In this document: in pieces, positions 25,671-33,787 of the stretch | Layout of the letters: the number at the start of each line of letters is the position of its first letter | How positions within the stretch are numbered: position 1 is the first letter of the stretch | Made by a program: the position numbers and the translations under genes | Notes under the pieces: generated by a model | Databases searched by the model: none | What the model was told of the DNA's origin: nothing | Seen by the model: only the letters and a program-made list of their open reading frames with translations | Source: a virus | Direction: 5' to 3' (one strand) | DNA length: 39,410 bases | Virus record (IMG/VR): IMGVR_UViG_3300026311_000663

Positions 25671-25976
25671 ATAAAGAAAAAGAGTTTCGTAAGCGATGAA
25701 CGCGGTGTAATATACGTTTTCTTAGTGCTTTTCATAGCCTTAGCCGCCGTCATCGTGTTTGCTTTACTATTTCAGACAGTTGTGCAGAACGTGCAGGAAT
25801 CCGCGAATCCAGAGTTGGGCGCGGACAACTGGTTAACACCTGAACACTACACCACATTCCACGCAGCCTCAACATTACTAACTAATTTATGGACGTATAT
25901 AGTGGCCATCGCAATTTTTGGGTTACTGTATTGGGCAATAATTTATACACAACGCAAAAACGTGGGAGGCGCCTAA
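25671..25976 (+). CDS. Two-helix membrane protein with class III-like signal peptide; minor capsid candidate
   Basis: Frame is open upstream of GTG 25725 to an ATA at 25671, 7 nt after AGGAG, giving MKKKSFVSDERG/VIYVFLVLFIAL..; second TM LWTYIVAIAIFGLLYWAII. Confidence 0.65.
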   Translation: MKKKSFVSDERGVIYVFLVLFIALAAVIVFALLFQTVVQNVQESANPELGADNWLTPEHYTTFHAASTLLTNLWTYIVAIAIFGLLYWAIIYTQRKNVGGA

Positions 25977-26240
25977 ATGCGAATCGTCATGGTATGGTTA
26001 ACCGCGTTGATTCTTTGCATGTTCATCACGGTTGGATGGTACATTAGCAACTTGATGGTAACGCAGATAGCTGTGTCAAATCTGCTGGGAATCGGGGCGG
26101 CTGGCTCAGAAGGCTACAATTTAGCGAAGCTACTAGAATACGTTAACATCGCGTGGGGACCACTGTTTGACGTGATTGTTGTGTTGTGGGCTATCGCTTC
26201 AAGTGCAAGACATGATGTAACATCGGAGATGTACGGGTAA
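25977..26240 (+). CDS. Two-helix membrane protein
   Basis: Two hydrophobic segments; GGGAGG RBS. Confidence 0.7.
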   Translation: MRIVMVWLTALILCMFITVGWYISNLMVTQIAVSNLLGIGAAGSEGYNLAKLLEYVNIAWGPLFDVIVVLWAIASSARHDVTSEMYG

Positions 26241-28120
26241 TGAAGAAATCTTTTGCTTTAACAATAATAGTTTTTATGCTCTTTTCCCTAGCTGTTCCCC
26301 TAATAAAAGTGGAGCCTACACAAGCAGCAGTCACAGGCACATTTGGGTACACAACAGAAGGCAGCTCATCCAAAAGGGACTCTGGCGAGAAAATGGTTGG
26401 TTCATTATACCTCTGCAGTGATACAGCCTATGTAACATCTATTTCTTTCTACGCTAAAACATCCGGTCTAACCTGGGATGTTAAAGCCTTCATTGTGGAT
26501 TCAGCTTCAAAAACTATTTTGGGCACAAGCGACGCAACAACAATCACTGATACGTTGCAGTGGTGGAACGCGTCTTTTTCTACGCCAGTAGCAGTCACAG
26601 ATGGAAAAAGTTATTATTTGATGGTGATGGCTCGGAGCAACTTCATTGACTTCTACCATGATAGTTCTGGTACAGAACTGCGGGATGAAACAAACAATTA
26701 CGCGTCTCCAAGCGACCCCACAGACGGCACGGCTGGCACACGCAAATATAGCATATATGCTTCTTACTATGCACATAAAGTTGACGTAACCAGTGAAGTA
26801 GCTTTACCCGTGTATGTGAATGGTGACGCTCAAACTTTTAATTATTCATTCCACGCACAAACAGCCCAATACACTTTCTATGCGGAACAACTCAAAATAG
26901 TAGGTGACACATACTACATTTTCAGTAGTTGGCTAATCAACGGCACAACACCCAGCACATCCGCAACTTATACTGTGACGATTGGAGGCGACACAACAAT
27001 CAAGGCAGAATACACCAGTGGATCCACAAGCAGCAGTTCAATATTTCTGTTTTATGGGCCGTTCAGCGAAAACACAGGGCTACAACTAGACGAAAATGTA
27101 ACTGTAACTGTTCATTACAGCACGGCTGACGTAGCAAGTGAATCCTACACTTTCAACGGAACACAACTTGTAGAAGCAAACGGCGTCGCCGTCCGCTATT
27201 TCACATACACTTTTGAAGATAACAGCACACGCCGCTACTATGTGGATCCGTCGGAACCCGCAAATTCCTTTTACATTTTTAAAGGCGACACATCCACCTA
27301 CACCATTAACTTTATGGACTACACAAGTATACTCGACAGGTACCCCTATGTTGCAGCGCAAGCATACGTTAACGGAACATATTATTCTGTTGAAAAAGTG
27401 AAGGTGGATTCGGCGAACAGCATCAGCATGAACCTTGTAGCGGGAGAAACCTATCAGTTTCTAATCGGAGACGAAACATACACTTACGTTTATGGCGACG
27501 TGTTGGCGACTGAGGCAACCACGATACAGTTAATTTTGAAGGGAACAGATTTTCCAAAAGAAACTTTGCTGATGTACCCGTATCTTACGTTGTATGCTAA
27601 CCGCACTTTCGTGTCTGGAAGCGACGCACCAATCATAATACGTTACTTAGACAGCAAAGACGAAACCTTAAACTTCACTATAACCTTCACAGACCAAAAC
27701 GGCGTAAACGCATACACATATACCGTTGTGTCAAGTGACATCACTTTAACGTGGAACAGCGCAGTTGACACAAACAGCTACACAGTTTCAGTGGAAATTG
27801 AGCACACAACCTATGGCACCTACACATGGAAACAATACTTGCAGGCAGAAGGCGGGGCACCCGTAAACCTTGACTTATCCTTCTTGGGGTCATGGAGCAT
27901 AGACTTAACATATTTCATACCTATAATTCTCATAGTGATTGTGGCGGGTTGCTTCTCAGCTATGAACGCGGAAGTCGGCGCCATAGTCGCAGCGATCTTA
28001 GCAGTAATTTTAACTTATATGGGTTGGATTCCAATCGCGCCAGGACTATTAGTTACAGCGTTAAGCTTAGCGATTCTGATGGCTCTTGTATATAATAAGA
28101 GGAGGATTCAACCCTATTGA
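26240..28120 (+). CDS. Exported beta-rich glycoprotein with C-terminal TM anchors; adhesin/tail-like virion protein
   Basis: Signal peptide; Thr/Ser/Tyr-rich; at least eight N-x-S/T sequons; three C-terminal hydrophobic helices; N-terminal domain resembles DUF4082-type sandwiches. Confidence 0.8.
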   Translation: MKKSFALTIIVFMLFSLAVPLIKVEPTQAAVTGTFGYTTEGSSSKRDSGEKMVGSLYLCSDTAYVTSISFYAKTSGLTWDVKAFIVDSASKTILGTSDATTITDTLQWWNASFSTPVAVTDGKSYYLMVMARSNFIDFYHDSSGTELRDETNNYASPSDPTDGTAGTRKYSIYASYYAHKVDVTSEVALPVYVNGDAQTFNYSFHAQTAQYTFYAEQLKIVGDTYYIFSSWLINGTTPSTSATYTVTIGGDTTIKAEYTSGSTSSSSIFLFYGPFSENTGLQLDENVTVTVHYSTADVASESYTFNGTQLVEANGVAVRYFTYTFEDNSTRRYYVDPSEPANSFYIFKGDTSTYTINFMDYTSILDRYPYVAAQAYVNGTYYSVEKVKVDSANSISMNLVAGETYQFLIGDETYTYVYGDVLATEATTIQLILKGTDFPKETLLMYPYLTLYANRTFVSGSDAPIIIRYLDSKDETLNFTITFTDQNGVNAYTYTVVSSDITLTWNSAVDTNSYTVSVEIEHTTYGTYTWKQYLQAEGGAPVNLDLSFLGSWSIDLTYFIPIILIVIVAGCFSAMNAEVGAIVAAILAVILTYMGWIPIAPGLLVTALSLAILMALVYNKRRIQPY

Positions 28121-28539
28121 AGGTTCAATACGAAATTTTGCTGTTCATTTTCTGTTTGAATTTGACGGTTGGCGCGGCTATGGCTCTTGGAGTACCAGGA
28201 ACCGAATATGTTTCGCCTGCTGCAACTGACGTTAACGCAGAAGAATACGAGGAACACTTTAACGCTACTGATATAGCGGGACAGTGGGAACAATCACCTT
28301 TTAGCGGCATACCCTTAATCGGTGATATTTACTTTGGGTTCAACACACTCTGGCAAAACATTCAGTATCTAGTCGACGGATTCCCAATGCTGCTTACTTA
28401 CTTGTCGGATAGTTACATTACTGACGGCGGCGCCCGTGACGCCTTCACAATCATAGCTAACATCATGCGAGCCATCTACGCTTTACTAATTGTGTTATTC
28501 ATTGTAGAGTTCATAAGTGGGAGAGTGGTGACAGATTGA
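28117..28539 (+). CDS. Two-TM membrane protein
   Basis: TTG start overlap; hydrophobic N- and C-termini. Confidence 0.7.
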   Translation: MKVQYEILLFIFCLNLTVGAAMALGVPGTEYVSPAATDVNAEEYEEHFNATDIAGQWEQSPFSGIPLIGDIYFGFNTLWQNIQYLVDGFPMLLTYLSDSYITDGGARDAFTIIANIMRAIYALLIVLFIVEFISGRVVTD

Positions 28540-29177
28540 AGAAACTAAGTTTATTTTCAGCTTTGCTTCTGCTTTGCTTGTTGGCTGGGTTAGCTGCTGC
28601 AACAGCGCCGACAGTAACAGTTCTTCAACCGTTCAACCGCACCTACACAAGCGGAACCGTGCCTGTGCAAATCACAAGCGACGCAACAACCACATATTTT
28701 AATGTGTTGAATGGGTCAAGCTGGGTGTACGGATCCAACACCACATACACCACAACAACTACAGTTACAGGGTTGGTTAATGGCTCCTACACTTTTTATG
28801 CAGTTGGCACCACAGGCGCGGAATCAACAATTTATATGGTTAACTTCACGGTTGGAGTAGACTCCACAAGTAGTTTGCCAGCCGTAAACACAGATGCGTT
28901 TTGGCTGTTCTATTATGAAGGCGACTTTCTGGGAGCGTTTCAAGCCGCGTTTATAGCTACGTTTGTTAGTGTAGACGCGGCGGTAGCTGTGATTATAATG
29001 TTGTTTATGTTACCGCTTTATCTTAGAACAAAAAGTTTGTTGCTGCTTAGTATTGTGTGGATTTTGATAGGTAGCTTCTTGATTGCAGCGGTGCCAATGG
29101 CGTCAGGTGTAGCTGTGTTATTCATAATTTTAGCTATAGGCGGCTTATTCTACCGCTTGTTTAAGGGCGGCAACTAA
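28536..29177 (+). CDS. Exported Ig-like domain plus three-TM protein
   Basis: Signal peptide; PTVTVLQPFNRTY..NGSYTFYAV Ig-like pattern; five sequons; three C-terminal TMs. Confidence 0.75.
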   Translation: MKKLSLFSALLLLCLLAGLAAATAPTVTVLQPFNRTYTSGTVPVQITSDATTTYFNVLNGSSWVYGSNTTYTTTTTVTGLVNGSYTFYAVGTTGAESTIYMVNFTVGVDSTSSLPAVNTDAFWLFYYEGDFLGAFQAAFIATFVSVDAAVAVIIMLFMLPLYLRTKSLLLLSIVWILIGSFLIAAVPMASGVAVLFIILAIGGLFYRLFKGGN

Positions 29178-29178
29178 A

Positions 29179-29445
29179 CTAAAACAGGTTCTTTTTTGTT
29201 TGTTTAAGGTCTTGGTAGACTGCTTCAAGAAGGCGGCTTCCTTCAAGTTGTAACCGCACATTTTTTACTATACATTTTATGGCTTGTTTATCTATTGATC
29301 CAGAAGCGATAAACTCTTTTATTAGAAGGTTGAGAACTTTGTATTCGGTTACGTTTAATGTTTGTGTGATTTTTTTGAATTGGTTGTAGTCTGTTTCGTT
29401 TATTGCTGTTTGTATTCGTTTCATGGGTATAATTGGGTGTATCAA
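29179..29445 (-). CDS. RHH-like regulator divergent from the capsid-like gene
   Basis: MKRIQTAINETDYNQFKKITQTLNVTEYKVLNLLIKEF strand-helix-helix pattern. Confidence 0.55.
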   Translation of the reverse strand: MIHPIIPMKRIQTAINETDYNQFKKITQTLNVTEYKVLNLLIKEFIASGSIDKQAIKCIVKNVRLQLEGSRLLEAVYQDLKQTKKNLF

Positions 29446-29502
29446 ATATAAATATTTAATCTTTCGTATGTACTAATATAGTAAATATATACTATCCGTG
29501 AG

Positions 29503-29814
29503 GTGAAAAGTCAAAAAATGCACGTTAAAAGTTCCCTCCGAAAATTCGCAGCAAGCAAATACGGCGCTGGAGGCGTCGTAGTCGTACTAATTTCTATGAT
29601 GGTCATGCTACTCGTAGGCATCATAGTAGTTAACTCACTTATTAACAGTCAAACCCCAGACGAAACCTGGAGCGAAGCCGCTAACACCACATGGGCCAAT
29701 GTTCAAAATAACATTTGGGTAGCCTTCGGGCTAGTCGTAGTTGGCATAATCATAGTCGGAGCAGTAGCAATCCTCTCGTACTTGAACTTCAACGGATCAA
29801 GCATGGGCGTTTAA
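29503..29814 (+). CDS. Putative major capsid protein of spindle-shaped-virus type (hydrophobic helical hairpin)
   Basis: Basic leader LRKFAASKYG, hydrophobic helix, short loop with NTT sequon, second hydrophobic helix; stand-alone gene with its own TATA region; ATG alternative at 29518. Confidence 0.65.
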   Translation: MKSQKMHVKSSLRKFAASKYGAGGVVVVLISMMVMLLVGIIVVNSLINSQTPDETWSEAANTTWANVQNNIWVAFGLVVVGIIIVGAVAILSYLNFNGSSMGV

Positions 29815-30155
29815 GCGGCGGATTAAACGGAAATGTGAACGGAGACACAACAATGCAACCCCAAACGGTGGGGCTTCTCCTGCACACCCAAAACGGGTAT
29901 GAAACCATATTTTTATAAATAACCTGTGTATTATTCATTATTTACTGGCCGTCACTTACTGAGAATAATTAAGCCGCTTGATACTACCTTGTGGCTTCAC
30001 TTGTTTAGAGAAGGCTTCGGCGCTAATACGTCTATTATTTTATAATCAGCCGGGATTTCATTTTTTGTTCTTGGCAATGTGACATACCTGAGTTATTATA
30101 TGACACAAAAATGTTTATAAACTTTTTCTAATATTATTATAATTGTGACATAAAA

Positions 30156-30500
30156 ATGCCTATCATAAGAAAAATGGTGCAAATTGGGGCAAGTAAAGGC
30201 GTAACACTCCCAAAAAGCTGGATAGAAGATGCAGAAAACACCCACGGCCAAAAAATCGAAGCCATAGCAATGGAGATAAACGGCCTAATTACTTTAAGCC
30301 CTGTTTTTGAACCAAAAACAAAAAAATTAAGAAAGGTTAGGGAAGCCGCGCCACTGAAAAGCAACAGCCAACCTAACCAAATGTGGCATCCAATATTATA
30401 CCACGAAGGTAACAGCCAACCTAACCAAATGTGGCATCCAATATTATACCACGAAGGTAACAGCCAACCTAACCCCAACCGCCCAAAGGAGGACAGCTAA
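30156..30500 (+). CDS. AbrB/MazE-like regulator with repeat-derived C-terminal extension
   Basis: IRKMVQIGASKGVTLPKSW swapped-hairpin motif. Confidence 0.65.
   Translation: MPIIRKMVQIGASKGVTLPKSWIEDAENTHGQKIEAIAMEINGLITLSPVFEPKTKKLRKVREAAPLKSNSQPNQMWHPILYHEGNSQPNQMWHPILYHEGNSQPNPNRPKEDS
30363..30474 (+). repeat. 48-bp tandem repeat, 2.33 copies, inside a 14-bp perfect inverted repeat (30336-30349 / 30559-30572)
   Basis: Exact units 30363-30410 and 30411-30458, partial unit 30459-30474. Confidence 0.95.
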
Positions 30501-30606
30501 GCTTTCCCTCCTATGTGTGGGTTTGCTGGGGTTGGGGTTGCCTGTTCCTTCCACGGGTGCGGCTTCCCTAACTATTTTTATTAATAACATCAACCATAAC
30601 CACCTT

Positions 30607-31062
30607 ATGTTGCTATGGTTAATCAGGTTGACAGGTCTGCTAATTGTACTGGTTTACGCTAGCCTAAGCGACTACAAAACAGGCATAGTCGCAAACAAAA
30701 TATGGCTATACACACCCGTCGGCTTCGCTTTACTACTGTTAGACCTATACTTTAACCCACACACCGCGGTGTATGCTTTGGTTGTGGCTGGCACGGCTGC
30801 GCTAGTTGGTTTCACACTGTTTTTTGCTGCACAAGGCAAATTCGGCGGAGCAGACAGCAAAGCTTTAATCTGCATCGGCTTAAGTTTGCCCTTGTCTCCT
30901 CACATGCTTATTGTGCCTTTTTTCGGTTTCGTAGTAGCAGCATTGCTTGTGGGCGTAGCATACATAATACATAAAGGAAAAAGACAAACGGTTCGTTTAA
31001 TTCCATACTTAACGGCTGGGGTAATACTAACTTGTACGGTGCCTTACATGTATATATTTTAG
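30607..31062 (+). CDS. Prepilin peptidase (A24 family aspartic intramembrane protease)
   Basis: ASLSDYKTGIVAN (Asp1), FGGADSK (Asp2), RLIPYLTAG; multi-TM. Confidence 0.88.
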   Translation: MLLWLIRLTGLLIVLVYASLSDYKTGIVANKIWLYTPVGFALLLLDLYFNPHTAVYALVVAGTAALVGFTLFFAAQGKFGGADSKALICIGLSLPLSPHMLIVPFFGFVVAALLVGVAYIIHKGKRQTVRLIPYLTAGVILTCTVPYMYIF

Positions 31063-31096
31063 TTTTTAATTTGAAACTTACATTTTGTTTATGTGA

Positions 31097-31184
31097 TTTT
31101 TTAACACTATAAATTATTTTTTAGTATAGTTTATATGCGACTTAACCTAAATAGTGCTTTAAAAGCACTTAAAGTGAGGTAAAG
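31097..31184 (+). promoter_or_regulatory. Promoter block copy 1 with palindrome AGTGCTTT-A-AAAGCACT (31153-31169)
   Basis: T-run, TATA (TTTATAT), palindrome and GAGGT RBS; near-duplicate of 32418-32505. Confidence 0.75.
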
Positions 31185-31192
31185 GGTGAAGA

Positions 31193-31390
31193 ATGACAAA
31201 TATAACAGTTGGAGGCACATGGCTACCATTAACATCAGCGTTAGTAGGAAGCATCCTACTTACAATATTCTATTCAGCCATGATAATCCTGCTAGTAATC
31301 TGTTTAGTCTTGGCAGTGTGGCAGATACATAAAACAGTGAAGGCGAGAAAACAAATGCAAAAGGTAGATCAGCAACGTCAATCTCCATAG
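31193..31390 (+). CDS. Hydrophobic peptide, probably the N-terminal membrane part of the glycosyltransferase
   Basis: Long hydrophobic stretch; overlaps the open GT frame (-1) at 31333-31390. Confidence 0.6.
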   Translation: MTNITVGGTWLPLTSALVGSILLTIFYSAMIILLVICLVLAVWQIHKTVKARKQMQKVDQQRQSP

Positions 31391-32400
31391 TAATCCCCTG
31401 TCATAACGAAGAAAAAACAATACAGCAAACATACGATTCACTGTTAAGTCAAACTGTGAAACCTAAAACCATATTTTTTGTTGACGATAAAAGCACTGAT
31501 GGCACATTTAAAAAACTGTTGAGTCTTAAAAGGCAAGCTGAAATTTCTGGTGTATCTGTTGAGGTTTTGCAGACAGAAAAAAACCTTTTCAGAGCTGGTT
31601 CATGTAATACAGCTTTAAAGTTGGTTTGCACTGACTACGTTATTATGATGGATGCTGGAACTACTTTGCATCCTGTTGCTGTTGCTGAAGCTTTAAGAGT
31701 TCTTGAGAGTAGGTCTGATGTGGGTTTGGTTTGTTCAAGAGCTGGTGTTCAAGATGGTTCTGGGTTGCTTTATAGGCTTCAAAAATTGGAGTATGGAAAC
31801 ACTGACTTGTCAAGGATGCTTTCGGCTGATAACATTTTGATTAGTCATGGATTATTTTCTGCTTCTCGAATGAGTGTTCTTAGGCAAGTGGGCTTCTACA
31901 GTGAAGGGGTGTTGCTTGAGGACTATGATTTAACTGTGAAAGTAAAGTTAGCTGGGTTTAAAGCTGTTTTTGAACCTAAAATTAAGGCTTATACTGACGC
32001 TGTTACTTCTTGGAAGTCTCTTAGTAAGCAACGGTTCAGGTGGTTTCTGGGTGGTTTAGATGTGCTTTCTAAGTTTAAATGGACTCAGCCTACTCGTGGA
32101 GACATTTTCGGTCATGCTTTTTACTTGACTTTCTTTATGTGTGTTATGTGCACAATTCTTTTTGGTGCTGTTGGTGTTTTCCAGTTTAGTTTTAGTTACG
32201 TTATGGTTTTGCCTATTTCTTTAGCTGTTGTTAATTATGTTTCTTCTTTGTTGGGTTTGTCTTTTGTTGAGGGGTTGGATGCTAAAGATGTTTTGCTTAG
32301 GGCTTCTGTGTTTCCTGAGTTGTTTTACTGTATATTTTTGGAGTTTATTAAGTGGAAAGCTTATTTTGCTAAATGTTTCTTTTCTAAACGTGTTTGGTAA
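31333..32400 (+). CDS. GT2 family glycosyltransferase (processive/PgaC-like); true start unresolved
   Basis: SIVIPCHNEE (upstream of the ORF-track start), VDDKSTDGT, MMDAGT, EDYDLT, KQRFRW, C-terminal TMs. Confidence 0.88.
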   Translation, partial: NSEGEKTNAKGRSATSISIVIPCHNEEKTIQQTYDSLLSQTVKPKTIFFVDDKSTDGTFKKLLSLKRQAEISGVSVEVLQTEKNLFRAGSCNTALKLVCTDYVIMMDAGTTLHPVAVAEALRVLESRSDVGLVCSRAGVQDGSGLLYRLQKLEYGNTDLSRMLSADNILISHGLFSASRMSVLRQVGFYSEGVLLEDYDLTVKVKLAGFKAVFEPKIKAYTDAVTSWKSLSKQRFRWFLGGLDVLSKFKWTQPTRGDIFGHAFYLTFFMCVMCTILFGAVGVFQFSFSYVMVLPISLAVVNYVSSLLGLSFVEGLDAKDVLLRASVFPELFYCIFLEFIKWKAYFAKCFFSKRVW

Positions 32401-32417
32401 CGTGTGCTTTTTTAAGC

Positions 32418-32505
32418 TTTTTTAACACTCTAAATTATTTTTTAGTAGCTTTTATAAGCAAGAACAGACTTATAGTGTTTTAAAAGCACTTGAAGTGAGG
32501 TAAAG
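32418..32505 (+). promoter_or_regulatory. Promoter block copy 2 with palindrome AGTGTTTT-A-AAAGCACT (32474-32490)
   Basis: Same 88-bp length and element spacing as 31097-31184. Confidence 0.75.
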
Positions 32506-32511
32506 AGTTAT

Positions 32512-32679
32512 ATGATGCAAGAACCAGAAACTGAACCAATCAACCTCAGAATTACCCTAACAGGTAAAGACGCAATAAAGTATCGTAAACTAATGGCTGA
32601 AAGAGGCTTAACAGTAGCTAACCAAATCGTTTTACTTCTTCTACAAGAAGCCTACAAAAAAGAGTTAGGGGAGGCATAA
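32512..32679 (+). CDS. RHH-like regulator (55 aa)
   Basis: INLRITLTGKDAIKYRKLMAERGLTVANQIVLLLLQEAY. Confidence 0.6.
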   Translation: MMQEPETEPINLRITLTGKDAIKYRKLMAERGLTVANQIVLLLLQEAYKKELGEA

Positions 32680-32984
32680 AATTTTGGGTCAAGAAGTCAT
32701 ATCTAAAGCTGACATCAACGACCTAAAAGTTATCCTCAAAGAGGACTTGCCCGTAATCAAAGACTTCCTCTAAATTTACCATCTAAAACAGCAACTTAAA
32801 CAGAAACAGCAAAACATAGGGGAGGCATAAACTTGGCAAACAACTCTCCTGACTTTTTCCATGCAAGACTCGAAATTGCCTTAGCCATTTACCTTAACGA
32901 ACCAAACCCAATCGGGTTGGCTGTTGTAAAGTCAATCTGTCAATTAGAATAAAATTATATATTACGTTAGAATAATACTTAATT

Positions 32985-33275
32985 ATGGTATTAAGTGAAA
33001 CAATCCAGTTCGCATCAGTTGTTATGGTAACGATAGTTTTCAGCGCCTTCAGCTTCACAGACAGCCAATACCGTTTAGTTATAAAACTAATAGCGGGTTT
33101 AATGTGGTTTATCCTATCACTTACAACAGTCACTTTCTTTGGCGGCGCAGCCGTATTAACCGTGCCATTAATGTTCATGTTCATGGGGATTGGCTTATTT
33201 TTTTTCTTCACAACCATCAGCGATTGGAAACAGAAGAAACGTGATGAAATATGGAACAGATTTGGCGACGACTGA
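32985..33275 (+). CDS. Three-TM membrane protein
   Basis: Three hydrophobic segments and a basic tail. Confidence 0.65.
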   Translation: MVLSETIQFASVVMVTIVFSAFSFTDSQYRLVIKLIAGLMWFILSLTTVTFFGGAAVLTVPLMFMFMGIGLFFFFTTISDWKQKKRDEIWNRFGDD

Positions 33276-33718
33276 TAACAGTGGCCGCGACTGCTTTACT
33301 GCTTAGTTTAGTTTGTGTTGGCTACGTTAAAGCAGACACTTCTGTTTCTTTAACATCTCCTGTCCACGCTGCAGTTTCAGAATCGTATAACGTAAACTTC
33401 ACTTATACGCCCATCGCAGTAAACGCCACTTTAACAAACGCTGTGTTATATGTGGGCGGCGTCGCGGTTGACGAAACAAGTGAGGTAAGCAACAACACAG
33501 GTAACTATTTTTTTTACACTTTCACTGAGGCAGGCGCTTATAACTGGTCTGTGGTGGTTACTAGTGAAGATGGAAACTTTACGCCCGCGTATGACTTCAC
33601 TGTTTTAGTTGTTGACCGCGGGGAACTGTCGACTTATGATGTGGCTGCTTTGGCTTTGCTAATTGTGGGTGTGTCGTTTGCTTTGCCTGTTGCGTTGTTT
33701 CAGCAGCGGAAAAACTAA
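33251..33718 (+). CDS. Exported Ig-like glycoprotein with C-terminal TM
   Basis: Signal peptide; five sequons; GAYNWSVVV; C-terminal anchor followed by QQRKN. Confidence 0.7.
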   Translation: MEQIWRRLITVAATALLLSLVCVGYVKADTSVSLTSPVHAAVSESYNVNFTYTPIAVNATLTNAVLYVGGVAVDETSEVSNNTGNYFFYTFTEAGAYNWSVVVTSEDGNFTPAYDFTVLVVDRGELSTYDVAALALLIVGVSFALPVALFQQRKN

Positions 33719-33787
33719 AAACTATATATTAACCTTAACGTATAGTTTACGTTAGAAATAAAAAGTTGACTGTAGTGTAGCTGCATA

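Noticed and set aside
30363-30474. CRISPR-like pattern (16-bp repeat, 32-bp spacers)
   Set aside because: The two spacers are identical, so it is a 48-bp tandem duplication; the repeat is too short and there are no cas genes
25671-31062. Cellular type IV pilus or archaellum locus
   Set aside because: No assembly ATPase (PilB/FlaI) or TadC/FlaJ platform gene; the pilin-like proteins have a second TM helix rather than a globular head
31330-31390. Canonical X XXY YYZ slippery heptamer for the GT frameshift
   Set aside because: No in-frame heptamer is present, only tetramer A-runs, so programmed frameshifting is left as a hypothesis
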